Shown here in pieces: positions 12,082-27,000 of a stretch of DNA of 64,000 bases. The notes under the pieces were generated by a model. It made no database searches. It was not told the DNA's origin and saw only the letters and a program-made list of their open reading frames with translations. The DNA is taken from positions 1,302,001 to 1,366,000 of the forward strand of contig LSRY02000007.1 of assembly GCA_001643675.2 (NCBI GenBank), read 5' to 3'. The number at the start of each line of letters is the position of its first letter. The stretch's first letter is position 1. The translations under genes and the position numbers were made by a program. The DNA comes from Monocercomonoides exilis PA203. Lineage: Eukaryota; Protista; Preaxostyla.

Positions 12082-15000
12082 GTCGTCATCATCATCATCA
12101 TCATCTTCTTCTTCCTCCGCCTCATCATCATCGTCCTCATCTTCCTCTTCTTCAGGCTCATTCCATTCTTCACTATCTGCACACGACAGAACACTCACCT
12201 CGATGCTAACAACTAGCGACACAGGACTTCTTCTGGGTGAGTATTACCACACGCCCACGCTCGGCACCCTCATCAACGCTCAATTGCAGAGATATGATGA
12301 ACAATTACTAACACTGATTACAACTGCACTGGGAGAGGCAAAAATTGAAGAAGAGGTTATCAGAATTGAGAAGATGTGGGATGAAGAAATAAACATCTCA
12401 TTTCTGGATGGGAATGGAAACGCACTCACAGAGCAAGATCTGAATTCTCAATATTCGCGATATTTGCACAGGAGACAGCAGAAAGAATACGAACAGCAGC
12501 CTTTGAATGTGATTATGGCTGATTTTGATTTCCCAGACAGAAATGAAAGCGAGTCTATGGGGATGGAAGATGAAGGAGAAGACGAAGAGTCACCACTGCA
12601 CCCGATGAATTACATCGCCAGTGAAGCTTCTTGCAACAACGCCATTACTTCAGCCAACAACACAATGTCCACACTGTCTTCATTGGTATATTCTGAGCAC
12701 ATTGATCCATTTGCCTCCAACATTCTGTTCATCTCTGACACGATCAGCATCATCACGCCTCTCATCTCCACATTCATGGCTGCTCAGCGGATGTGGTTGA
12801 TTCTGCGTGATTTGTTCAAGTCAGACGATGTGGGAGCGAATCTGAAACCAGAAGCAAGACTGTTTGCGAAAGTGCGCGATGATTGGCACACGATGCTGGA
12901 CAAGATGATTTCCAATCCAATTGTCATCCATTCATTCTCTCCAGACTCGTTCATTGCTCATGTACTCCCGTCAATCAACAAGCAGCTCACTGAATGCAAA
13001 GAGCTCATAAGACCGTTCATCTTGAGGAAGCAGACAGCGTTCCCTCGCTTGTTCCTGCTGCCTGAGGACGACATCATCAAGATTATCTCAATGAAGACAC
13101 CAGAGACGCTTGGCGGAACCATCTGCCATGTGTTTCCCAACATCACCAAGCTTCACATTGTGTCTGCAGAGAGCGTGCTGCATCACAGAGACAACGAGAA
13201 CCCGAAGCAGTGGAGATTTGTTCCCGAGGAATTGGAGCTGTCTAACAAGCTGTTTGATTCAGAACTTGAAGAAAAACAGGAAGAGGAAAACGAAGCATCC
13301 ATTATGGACGATGAGATTTCGTTGCATTCTGCTTCGCCTTATGCTGAGTCATTGCATCATTCATTCAAATTTCGTCATTCATTTATCTCGCCAACAAGCC
13401 CCAGAGGAAATAACAAAATAACCCGTATTTATTCAAGACGCTCTCGATCTCAGCTGAAGAACAAGTATCGTTCACGGCGAAGAATGCATTCCCACCACTC
13501 AAACGCTTCCAACGAGAAAAGTATCTATCACAATCTCCAGTCAACCAACAACCTGTCCATTGACCAGATGTCTGAACAGTCGCGATCTGATCTCGTTTCT
13601 GGATTGTCGTCGCATGTTCAGGACGAGAGCACCGTTTCAGTCACAGACACGTCGCTTCTGCAGCAGCTGGGCTTGATTCACGACAGCAGCGCCGCTAGCA
13701 AGAGAAGCCACAAAGGAACACACAGCCGGCGGTCACACTCAGCATCTCACAGAAGAGCTTCAACAGCGAAGCTGAAGAGACGCTCGAAATACGATGCCTT
13801 TGAAGGGTTTGGCAATCTGGCAACACCGTTTGATGCCAACCTCACATGCTCTCATTCGCATATTCCACGTGTGGTGAACACTTCGGCTGATGGACACAGA
13901 CCACAATCGCCTTCTCCGCTTGTTTCAGTGCCGTCTGCGAAGTTCCCCTCGGACATTGTATTTAACTCGTCGCACAAGCGGATGAAGTCATCTCCATCAA
14001 AGCGAAGCAGCTTATCGTTTCACACTGCAAAATCTTCCAGACAGCAGCTGGAGATGCTTTCAGGTCAATCCACTGAGTTTGAGCTGTCTATTTCACGTGA
14101 CACAGACTCCGATGGCCTTCTTGGAGTACGGCACAAAGGATCGCGCTTTGACTGGAGTGCAGATAGTGAAGAGTCTGCCACAGCGACGGAGACGACACTG
14201 ACGTCAACCGAATCGCACGTTGAGAGCATGTCGCTCTCTGACGACCAGGCTTCGACGATCAAAGTGGACTCTGCTCTCATCCGTTCGGGCGAGTTTGTGC
14301 GCTCGCCGCACCACTGCCAGTCTTCGATGTCCTCCACCTCCTCCACATCGTCCAGCTACACGACACAGAGCTTCTTCAAAAGCGGGGATTACACCACAAC
14401 TTCCACAGAGGAGGATGTGACTGCCACTGAAACAGACTCTGAGCGGACGAGGAATGACAACAGCAACACCACTCATTCGAGTGTGGATTCATCCACATCA
14501 GTCACACGCCACCTGGTGCGTGTGTCGAGGAGGCTGGCTGCTGCAAACTATGCCAAAAGGAGGCGACAGTTCAGAGGTTCTGTTCACACTCGCACACGGA
14601 CAAGGAAAGCGGTGTTCAGACAGATGACGGATGTTGTCGGGGCTATCGGCATTTTGGGTGAAGATTTGGGATTTCAGCATCACATTGAGTTTATCCAAGG
14701 GCAGGATATTATTCCGTTCCTGATGAGCATCGAGAATTCGATCAAGCAATCGCTTTCTTTGCAATTGACTGATGCTGTTTTGCGGCTTCCTCTCTTCACT
14801 TTCCACAAGTGCTCCATCGTTCGCTTCAACACAAAAGATGTGCAACATTCCGATTTGATGAACATGCGAGATGAAGAGAAAGATGCCTTTTCAGTTTCAA
14901 AGGACGAAGCAGCCATACAGACAGTCACTGGGAAAATAGCAGACTCTGATTTTGACTCATTCTCAGACTCCGACACCAGCAGCACGCTGGGCTCGATGGA

Positions 15001-18000
15001 CGAAGGCTCCGCAGGCTCGTTCTTGTCGAAGAGAGGACCTATGCACACAGGGTATATGCGCAGGAGCAGGTTGACAAGTCCGTTTGGCATGCAGTCAGAC
15101 GAGAAAATATCACAGTTTACGAAAGGAAGCTCACCATTCCATGATTCGACTGTTCTATCTAACGAGACGCTTGCAGACATCCACATCTCTGGCAACCAAA
15201 AGGGCAGCCAAATAAACCCACAAGCCGCTGCTTCATCCACTGCTGGCGAGAAACGGCAACGTCCTTATCAAACCAGCAACATCGTCTCTCAGCTGGCTGT
15301 TCTGCACAACCGCCCTCTTTTCAAGCAGAAGCATCTGAGACAGTTTCCCAGATGCCAACTGTTCATTCGCTCGACTCTATGCCAAGCACTTTATCTGGCA
15401 ATCATCTCTCACAGAACATACAGAATCAAGCGGATAATCATCAATCTTTACAAACTGGCCGTGAAGTGGCAGAGCGACAGGGAGTATTCGTTTTTGGCAT
15501 CTTTCACTGATTCTTCATCGTCTGCTGTCAGCTCCTCGGCCTCGTCTTCTGTAGTTGGAGCATCATCCACACCCCCTTCATCAACATCTGCTTCAACAGC
15601 CTCACCAGCAACTTCAACCACAACACATCTTTCAGTCTCTGCTTCATCTGCTTCTGCAGCATCGTCGTCACTCACTTTCTCCTCTTCAACATCACTCCCG
15701 CCTCCAACTGCTTCATCAGCTGCCTCTTCTTCAACGTCTGGTACCAATACAAGATATCCGTATCAAACATCCTCAGAGCGAGTCTCATCTGCAGCAACAG
15801 CAACAACAACAACACTTCCACATCAGCCTTCTTCTTCTCTCTCGTCCTCTGGCCAAACAACATCTCCAAGTGGAACTTCATCTGAACAGCGCTCAAAAGA
15901 CCAGTCTCCCTTCTCATCCGCTATCAACTTCTTCAAACAACCTGAGGTTGAGGAGCAAATCAACCATCTGAAGGAAATACGCACAGAAGGCACAGTTCTC
16001 ATCAAAACACTCCAGTCGAGTCTTTCTTCGCGGATGACGTCGCTTATTAGATTGAAAACGGAGAATGCCATCTTGGCATATCTGTATTCTTTAAGCATGC
16101 TGAATTTCCTAGATTTGGTGAACACATACCCCAACAGAGTGTTGATGTTTCTGACACAGTCGAATCATCTGGCGTATGTTCCTCATTTCTACTTCCCTGC
16201 CGGCATTGAAACGACACGAGCAATCAAGCAGCTGTATCCACACATCATTGAGCCTGGTGATTTCCCTGAAGATTCTGAATTCATGGCTTCTTCTGCAGAT
16301 CATGCAGCAGCTCAAGACATTTCTATAAAAGATAAATACCCATCTTCACACACTCCAACTGGAGTTCAGATCATTTTTGGATCAACTTCCATTCCGTTTG
16401 GATATGCATACCTGGGACTCACTATCTCTACTCTCTCAAGTTCCCAACTTGTTTTTCCCTTTGCGCCTTCAGTGAATACCAAGCAGTTCTCCATTAAAGC
16501 TATTGCTTCGCCTCGCTTGATAGGCCGTCCGCAGACAAATCTCCTGTCTAACATCGCATCAGCATTTCCTCATTCAATGCTTGTTAACAACGAGGATGAA
16601 CTGTGCCAATTGCAGGCTGAGACAGAAAAAGTGTCTCAACTTCCGATTTCCGAATCAGAAGCAGGAACATATTCGCTACTTGAAGGAGTTTCGCCATTTT
16701 CGATGATGGATTTAATAAAAGAATTGTCTGTGTTGTGTGGTCGCGACGTATTTTCGTTCGCTGCCACTTCTGAATGCACTCCTATTTCACCAATTTTGCC
16801 TTTCATCAGAGGAGTTATTGGGTCCGGTGTGTGGGGTGTGATCGAGAACGTGCTAGAGCTTTCTCCTGATTCGCTTCAAATCTTGGGCATTTTGACAAAC
16901 AAAGTTATTGAGACATCGAGGCAGAACCTGTGGAGATGCCATCTTACTGAAAATACAACTTCTGCACTTGTTCCTGGCTACTCATTCTTTTGCACATCAA
17001 CATGTCATTCAGCAGAATACGAGCTTCCGGATCACTTCCGCAAATGCTTCCGCCCAGTGCAAGTGCAGCTACCTGATCGTTTCCACTCCCTTTTCCTCAA
17101 CCTGATGATCAGCGGATACCAGAACGCTTATGTCATTGCAAAGAGATGCATATCTTTCTGCGAAACATTTGCCAAGACATCTCGACAGAGCTACGACACT
17201 ATTGATGCGGTGCTGAACAAGATTGGGATTTTGGCACCAATTTTCATTAATGTTGCAGTCAAGCAATACTTCAAACCAGCTGCTGAAGATGCATCTGCAG
17301 GAGCAAAACTGCTGGAATCTCCTCTTTTGAAGTGCATGAACGATGAGGATTATGACGAAGACGACACACGATATTTGAAAGACTACGGCTTCTATGGATT
17401 AAGCAGCACCATGTCAACTGAACAAACAATTGTGCCAGAACCAGAATATTCCACTGATTCATCTGAGCAATTGCAAGATAAACAGTCAAGTTTTCTTCCT
17501 CAGATTTCACTGATGAAGTATGCTTTACGCAAAGAAAAGATTCAGTTTCTAATCGAGTGCACAGCAGTGTGCTTGATCCTTTGCCAACACTTGGGCGCAA
17601 TTCTCAATGATTGTAATTCAACTTTCTTTACGACACTGTTACGAGCTACATTTCCAGAAGTTGTTGATGGAATTATCCTTCAGTCACATCTTCCTTATTC
17701 TATTTATGGAAAGCCATCTGCCCAGAAGAATGTGATTGCAGGTGCATCTACAGAGTCCCGAATGAAAGCATTCCTCTATCGATACTTCCATCTTCCTATC
17801 TCCGTTTCCACATCTTCTTCGTACAGTGGAATGAGATACACCACAAATGTGTTTTCAACCATCAAGAGGATTATAACCAGAAATAATGGACTGGAGAACA
17901 TTGGATCCAAAAGCGAGTGGGAGATCTTTCGGTGGTGCGTTGCTGCCTGCACACCAAAGTCTTTAGACAGCTCAAACACTTATGAACAGGGCGGCAACGA

Positions 18001-21000
18001 AAACAATCAAAAATTGCTTTCTGACGACAGAATAAAAGAGAAAAGCTTGGAGTCGTCCAATGGCGATGGACCTCTTGCTGGTGCAGACAGGACAAATGCA
18101 GAAACATCCACACAAGAAACAATGGAGCGTTCATTGGCAGATAGCGTTTCTTCATACTCCACACATTCCAATTCGCTGTCTGGGCTGATGAAGCCCTGTG
18201 ACATGTCTTCAATAACATATGAGATTAGCCACATTGATGACACAGGCAAGGAATATGCAAAGACTTTTCCTCGAAGGGATCAAACAGTTTCGATGCTGGT
18301 TCCGTTCCGCGATGAGTCAGAAGAAGAGGCAAGCAATCTCGAAGCGTTGAATGAAGCAATTGGACCTATCTACCAGCCTGCAGGCCATTTCCCCATTCCG
18401 AATTTTGATCAATCAACCTGCAAAGAGGCACAAGAAGAGTTCATCACAAGTATCATTAGCAAGGTTTTTCAACTGAAGGAGCAACTAACTCCAGTCGGAC
18501 AGCAGTTTTCTGAATCTATTTCAGCTGCCACAATGTCTCGCCCTGTGATTCTGCTTGGGCCTTGCATGAGTGGCAAGTCTATGATTGTGTCTGCCCTTGC
18601 AAAAGCTCAATCAGCTGCTGGCATACACACAGATATTATAAACTATGCTCCTTCTTCTATGAACTTTGCCCAAATGTTTGGCTCCTTTGGATCAGCATCA
18701 AAGAGCATTACTGGAGAAGGCTCTGATTTTTATTTGATCGCACACGACAGGCTGCAAAAGAACAATGCTCCGCTTTTATTTTCTGAGGCTCCAGCTCAAA
18801 GTGACGATGAAGATGCCAATTTCCACTCGTTGAAAGGAAGCAACTCTAAACAGGAAGGAGACTTCAGCAGGGCTCATGCCAATGCCAAATCAAATCTGAT
18901 GATTAAGGAGCCTATTGAAGAGACTGCAATGTCGGCGTTTGCTGGGCTCCTGCGGAACAAGCAGAACACGTGGAGTGATGGAGCATTCACCTCGCTGCTT
19001 AATGATCTCATGCACGAAAAGTCAAGCCAGCTTGCAATGGCTGATCCTCTTCACACAAAGGATTCAGCAACTGCTAACAAAACAGCAGACAACCAAGGAG
19101 GAGTAGCAGCCGCTTCTGCCTCAAATGCACACTCAGAAGTGTTTCTTGTACTGGATCTTCATCCATCTACGCTCCAAACATCAAGATATCATATAACCTC
19201 TGCCTCCTCCATATTTAGCAGTGGGACAGGAGACAGCCCAGCATCAACAGCACTGAGATCATCGACTTCTTCTGCTAATTCACTTGTCAAGTGGATGTAC
19301 TATCTGACAATGATGATGCGACCAGAAACGAGAATGAACACAATTGTGACTGCCGAGCTTATAGAAAAGACGAAAGAGATTGAGCGGATCAACAAAGTCG
19401 GATCGGATGTCCACTTGGTGGATCATTCAGATGCTTCGCAACTGAATTCACTTCCAGAAATAATGGAAGTGCTGACTGGGCAGAGCTTGAAGGATGTGTG
19501 GTACACCATCTTCAGAGGAAAGAAAGCAGAGTGGAAGAAGCACAAGAAAGCCAAGCAGCAGACAGAATGCTCATACAACCTTGCCGAAGCGCTTGCCAGT
19601 GAAGAGTTCTCTCTTCCGCCCAGAGTCTATTGGGAGACTCTTGTTGAGACAGAGCTGATTTCACGTGAAAAGCGGCAGAGACTGAAGAAAACGAAGTCGA
19701 GGCAAGGAAAGAAGGACATTGCGACTGGGGAGTGGATAGAACACTCCAGCGAGTTTGGTGAAGTTGAGGACGATGAAGACGATTTTATCCAATGGATTGC
19801 TGAGCAGATCTCTCATTGTGCTGGAAATCAAATGGATCAGATGCTGTATCCCCCGACCATCGAGCAAATGGAAAGGTCGCTGGATGCGCTGGCTGAATGC
19901 TCGTATGCCACCATGCTACCAAACTTGTCTAGGATTCGTTTTCCAGACAATGTCAAAGTGATTATCGAGACAGACACACTGGAAAACATCCCATCGTGCT
20001 TTATTTCTCAGTGCTCAATCATCAACGTCCCCTTCTCGATGATCGCATCCATCCACCGAATGTCTCTTTGCCATGAGATTTCTCCGTTTGATCGTTCAGT
20101 TAATCTCCTGTTCCTCTACACAGAAAAGAAGCTGCAAACAAACTATCTTGTCCTCCACCCTCAGTTCTCACAGATGGTCACAAACGACAGAACGCTTGCT
20201 TTGATCTTCTTGTATATCCGCAAAGCAGCTCAGATACTGACCTATTGGATGACAGAGGCTGGGGCGTTTATTCGGTCTTTTTTCAATCGAAAGCACCTGA
20301 CGAAGACAACACCACAAAGTGAGGAACACAAATGGCCTGATGCCACATCTGATTTCGAGTCATTGAATTCACCTTCAACATGTTATTCCTCATCTATCTT
20401 TTCATCTTCATCTTCATCTTCTTCCACTTCCACATCCACAATTGGTACATTTGCTTCTGATTCTGCGGCATCATCGACGACAACTTCTTCAGTTGCAATT
20501 GGCATGCCATCAATGACAGTTTCAACATCATTGAGCTCACATCCAAGTTGTTCACTTCATTCAGCTGCTTCAACAACATCTGCTTCAGCATCATCTTCCT
20601 CATCTTCATCAACAACCACGTCCACAGCTGCAACTTCTTCATTATCATCACAATATTCGTATATGCAAGATGACAAGTTGTGTGAAACCACAGAATCTCT
20701 TCTCGGAAAGGGATATCTCCAAAATCCCATCCATGCAAAAACGATGATGATCAACTACTTCGCGAATGTGATGAGCTTATACACAGCTCATCTTAACACT
20801 CTACTTCCATCTTTTGTTGCAACCATATCAGATGACTCACACCTTTTCTCATCCACCGCCACATCTTCATCTGTTTCGTCGACTGCATCACCATCGAATA
20901 TTTCATCTGTTACATCTTCTTCTTCATTCTTTTCGACTTCTTCGGAAGCAACGCTGCCTTCTCAGTTCACCCCGAACAAAACTGATTCATCTTCACCAAA

Positions 21001-24000
21001 AACGGACTCCAGATCTCTCTCTCCAGATACACCGTCTGCTTCATCTTCAGCTTTTGCATCATCATCATCTTCTTCTTCTTCGTCTTCTGGATCTCACCGA
21101 ATTCCAGCAACATCGCCTCAGCTTCCACTGGGAGAGATGACGAAGATCTACAACAACGCAGCATATTCTGTGTTTTGGGGCATGGGCGGTTTCCTCCTTT
21201 CAGACAACACGTTCCACTTGGAGTTTTCCAAGTTCATCTGCTCACTCACTCCATGTCCACCCGCATCTTCTCATTTGCACAAGCCGATCAAACAGACAGA
21301 CAATCCAGCTGTGACTGAGCTTAGCCAGCGGGATCTGCTTCATCTGGAACGCTTTTTTGGCGACAGTCACGAGGATCTCGTGGAGGAGACACTGATGCAG
21401 TACTATGTGGACTTGTCGTCTGGAAAATGGCAGCATATTTCGAAACTGGCGCTGATGAATGCAGAGGAGAAGGAGAAAATGAATGTGCCGTTGCAGAATG
21501 TGAGCAGCAGATCGACACTTCCATTGAGAGGAAGAGGAAAATTCCATCCAGTGATAACAACAGGGTCAAATGTGACAATAGATTCTGGACGCTTCTCAAA
21601 TGTACGCACAAAGGGAGTGACACAACCAGTGCCTTCTGTTTCACGAATGCGCTTTAACACAGCAGCTGCTCCGCAGATGATGGACGACGGGAGAAGCGAG
21701 CTGTCGACACAGGGAAATGAAGATGAAGAAGTTGCATCGATTTCATGGAGTCGCTATCAAATGTACGGAAACCACTCTTATTATTCACATTCAGATACAA
21801 AAACTGTTGAGCAGCAGACATCCAGTTCTCAGCAATATGGACACAGAAGCCTGCTTTCTGAGTCAAATCCGAAATGCGGACCGTTTGAGCATCCTGAACT
21901 CAAAGAAGATATGCTCTTAAACCCTATTCTTCCTGTGCTTCATGTTATGACTCTGTTCTTCCTGGGAGGAAAAGCAGTGATGCTGGCATATGAAGATCTT
22001 CTAACTGTGAAGAAGCTGGTGGATGCTGTTCCACAACTTGCGTTTTCAACAACATTGGGAAGAGAAGGCATGAAGAAAAAGACGAATGTGTTCCAATGTC
22101 CGATCTATCCACATACCCCGCCATTTGTGATGTGGAGAATGATCAACAGAGTCAACTCGCTTCTGGATGAAACACAGCGCTCGCTCAATGCCTATTCAGA
22201 TATGCCCAGCACGTTCAACACACGCAGCTACAACATTTCTTCTGGATCAAAGAACTCGAAAGAGTCAAAGTCTCATCATTCGATGTCTTCCTCCACGTCA
22301 AGCAATGAGCAGTGGCTTGCAACGAAACGGCTGATTCATCCTGGACATGAGCTGGCAAGTGGTACAACTTTGCCTCCTTCAGCTGTTTCTGAGCAGCACG
22401 TCTCTGCGTCTCAGACCCTTTCCTCGCATAATTCTGTTCCGATACTCTTGGCACCTGGAAACCAGAAAGAAGGATCTTTCATCACTCAAAAGGATGCCAT
22501 TGGAGAGTTGCAGACTGCTTCAACAACAATCTTCTTTGACCTTCACACTCCTGTTTTACTTCAGACTCTTGAAGTCCTCAGAACATTTGCTGAAAGAAGA
22601 CAATATTTGACAATTACAAACCCGCCCACAATGAAGAAGACAAAGTCAGGAGTCAATCTTGCTGTCTTACTAACATTGCCAATGATCCATTCGCTTCCCA
22701 TTCGATTTTCACGACAATTTGCCAACATCGCAGTGAGAAAGCTGTCGATGAACGAGCGTCTGTCTCAGCTTACTCAGCTGTGCAACAAGAGGATGGCTGT
22801 TTATTGCAGCACAGCTCATTCTCCACGACCTTCAATCACATCCATCCCGAAGGTTTCGAGCGATCAGCAAGGGATGGATATGGCCACGCTGATCGCAGAC
22901 CCATCGGACATGATGAACAGTGGAGGCGATCAAGACAGCTCTTGCCAGGGACATATTCACCTCTTTAAGAATGAGCTGTTTCCGCTTATTTCTCACTCAC
23001 CTCTTTCTCCGTTTTCTGAGACATCGACTTTATCGCACACGACAAGCGAGATAGAAGTCAACAATTCGATGCAGATTACAACTCCAAAGGCTGATCAGTC
23101 TCAAACTGGATTCTTTCCGACTGTATCGTCAAGCTCTGGAGGATCAAACGAGTTTACGCTTTATTACGATGAAGAGGAAAAAGAAGATAGCGAGCCTTCA
23201 GTTTCATATGATGAATTCAACAATCCATCCACATCTGTATTGTATTCATTTGATGATAATGATGTATTAGACACTCTTTCAGATCCTTCTGAGTCAAGCG
23301 AAGATGGCTATGAAGAAGAGTACGAAGATGAGTACGAAATTCTTGATGGCTCAACATCAATTTCAGCTAAGGATCTTCCTTCCACAATTATTCCATCGTT
23401 GGCTATTCAGCGTATTCCAATCATCACTCTTGCATTCTACCGTCTTTTAGCGTTTTCGCCACAGTCAGATACATTAACTGTGAACCAGCTGAAACTTAAG
23501 AGGAAGCTTTCACAGTTGATGCCTTGTTTTGACACAATACCAATCACATACAATTCAGCGCTGGAGATTATCTTCCAATTTTCGAAGCGAGTTAATGAAG
23601 ATCCAACAATTATCAACAGCACAACCACAATCTCTATTACATGGATAAAGACGTGTCGTGATGTGTTTGCCGATCAGCTTATAACTTGTGAGCTTGCTGC
23701 ATTTGATCAAATAGCTTCTTTCTTTGGATCATATCTTCTAAACGACAATGAAATTGACTTTAACAAATTGGGTGAGTTCATATTGGGATTGTCTTTGGAA
23801 GAGCTTAATGCAAAAGCAGACGAACTTAGAAACGAGGATCTTGACTCAAAACACTTTCATCTGTATAAAGTGATTGTCGAAGATGAAGATTCCAATCTAT
23901 CACGATTCGTCAATGAGTCTAACTTCATCCACTATCCATTCCAGCTAACAGACCAAATGGGAGCGAAAATCATGAAAATTGCTGAGAAAGTGAAGGACTT

Positions 24001-27000
24001 CAACGTATGCTTGCTGGCTCAGCCAGACACGATTTCCACTTCTTTCATCTCTGCAGTCGCAGCTGTGTCGTATTGCACACACATTCATATCAAGATCAAC
24101 ACAACATACCCTTCATTTGTGATGTCTCTTCGCGAGATGATCCAGTTTGCGCTGTTCAACCGATGCCAAACACTCGTCAGCATCTTTGCAAGCGATACAA
24201 CACACCTCACAGAGGCAAGCTCGCTTCACGAGGCCATCCAGCAGAGCTCAAAGGAGTATTCGTTCTTCAACAACGACGACAAATTCGGTAGCGATGCTTC
24301 TTCTGGCAAGCAAAGCGAACCTTATCGGTACAACTCAATAAGACCAGAGACGAGGAAAGGGTGCGAACAGACTCTATTCACAGAGTATCACATTGGCGGC
24401 CACTCACCCATTCTGCAGAATTCAGAGCATGCTCATGCAGATGGGCTAAATGCCTTTGATGTGAGCACATTTCTTCAGTCAGTGATTCAATCACACATGG
24501 CTTTGATGTATCTATTTTCTGAGGAAGAAGTGCAGGCTATGCTGGTTGAAGCGCGGTCAGTGGGTTATTCTGAAGCTGTGGATGATGAATGGATTGTTAA
24601 CCGAATGAAATCGATGATCCGCTTTATTTTTGTGGTTGACTATCTCGGTGCCACTTTCATTCGCAAGCATTCTGACGAAGTGGTGGATGTGTGGAACCAA
24701 AATGTGTATGAGCCATTCTTGCAGAAGAAGATGGATGTGATCAACATTGTACCAAAGGCTGCTGAGGAGCTTGCGAAGCAGCCAGATGTGACCAATGCTC
24801 GCATCTTATCATCTGCTCTGAAACACTCAAACTCGATTCTCAACTTCAGCACTCCCATTCCACCTGACGTGGTTGAGATGCTTATTTCGCTGGGAAATGA
24901 CGAAAAGGCAACAAGCCTGAGAATGATAACTGATGCGACTGATTCAACGTCAACTGCTTCTTCGCAAACAGACAGCAATGCTAATTATTCACAGTCACAG
25001 CCACATTCTCATTTTGCTTCAAGTTCAACTTCAAGCTCGACACAACAAAATTCTCGATCGTCGCGCCATCAACAGCCGCCTTCTGCGAATCTGTATCCTC
25101 CATTCTCCAGTTCTCCCATCCGCGTCTTTCCTGGCTTTTCTGTGTTTTCGTGGATTCCTCAATACTGCGTGTTCGAGACCATAGAAAACGACTCATTTTC
25201 AACACTGCACAATATATGCAGGCAAAACATCATGCCTTCTGTGTTCTCTCAGTCCATCCTTCGCAAGCAGTTGAGAGATCCATATGCCTCAAGTGATGCA
25301 AATCCACTTTTGACATCTGCAAATAAGTCATCTGTGCAAGCATTATCATCGGCTGCATCTTCAGTTCTCTCTTCATCTTCGTCATCTTCTTCATCGCTGC
25401 CTTTGAGCGTACCGAGAAGTGTCGAGCCACAAACCTCTGAATCTTCTCTTCATGCTGCAAATCCTACTGCACATGACTCTAAAAAGAGCAAGCATACTTC
25501 TCCTATTTCTAAACAATACTTCTTTTTGGATGATGATTTGACTGTTCTTGACACAAACTTAGAGTTGATCAAAGGAAACAGCAATGTCACATCTACTTCC
25601 ATTACAACTCAAACATCATCAAGTGCAATTAACATTGATACTGAAGAAGATTCTGCAGTAGCAATGAATTCAACAGGAAATACATCATTGACACAACAGA
25701 ACGGGAAACAGAAACTTCCAGTGGTTCCTCATTTATCTTTTCGAGATATCATTCAACCATCATCGACTTCTGCATCTGCATCTGCATCTGCATCTGCTTC
25801 TGCTTCTTTTTCCGCAGTAGTTGATTCCTCTGCTTCAAATACTTCTCCTTTGCGAACTTTACATTCTCAATCCCAGCAAACAGCCTCATCACTGAATAGG
25901 CAAGATATCATTGCAAATAAAAAACAAGCCAAAGTGCATCGATTCCGCGATGCGCTTCGCTTGGTTGAAGAACAGCCTTTAATCAATGTATCATTGAAAT
26001 CGTCTTCAACTGATTCATCCTCCTCTGTCCATACACACTCTACTCTCTCCACACTCCAGCAATCCAGTGCTCATCCTGCTCCACTGCCAACGCGCCCACC
26101 CAGTCCGTTGCATCACTTTGTGACATTTCTGGTGCCGTTCTCTCCGCGTTGCAAGCCTCGTGCGAGAAGACGGAACTCGGTGTACACGCGGGGGCTGATA
26201 CACTCTGCCCAGCACAGCATGGACAATCTCAGGCCTTCTCCTTTGCTCAGACGGAGGTCAACACTCGAATCTATGAAGGATCTGAGGGTGTCAACTGCTG
26301 TTGATGCAGATGGAGCTGCATTGACGAAGGTGAACAATACAGCTGCTGTATCTGCTTCAGCATCTGCACAAGCAGACCACACATCTACCAGAAAACTTCC
26401 AATTGTACATCCGCCAGTGATTGTCACACAACCACTTATAACTGCACCACATTCTCTGCTTCCTCCTTATTCAATGGCTTCGGGCTACTCCAAACAGCAC
26501 ACGCACAAATTCCTTCCAAAAACACCTGGTCCTCAAAGAAAGATGATTTCAACTGAGAATACAAAAGGGAAAGCTCTTCAGTCACAAATGTCTCCACAGC
26601 CAGCTCCAATCTCTCCACTGCCGCAGCAAATGCAATCGCACCAGCCATCTTCAGAGCCTGTCGCACGCTCTTCTCCGCTGACGGTGCATCCACAATCTCG
26701 TCAAGTGTCATCTGAGCAGCGGAATTCAACATCTCAATCGCAACTGCGCCATGTTGGCTTTTCGCTACAAAGAATACAATCTTTGCGTTCGCTTGAAAAA
26801 CACAAGTACAACATTCATCTATCAGCCAGACTGAAGAGAGAAATCAAGAAGATTCTTTCATCTGTCTCAGCGACTAATTACCAGAAGCAAAGTCAAGATT
26901 CAGTCAATACTCAAAACACTTTCTCGATTGCAAATACACTCTCTTCATGTGACTCACCAGGGCAGAAGCTGGAGATCATCCAGACTTCCGAGTTCTTCGG

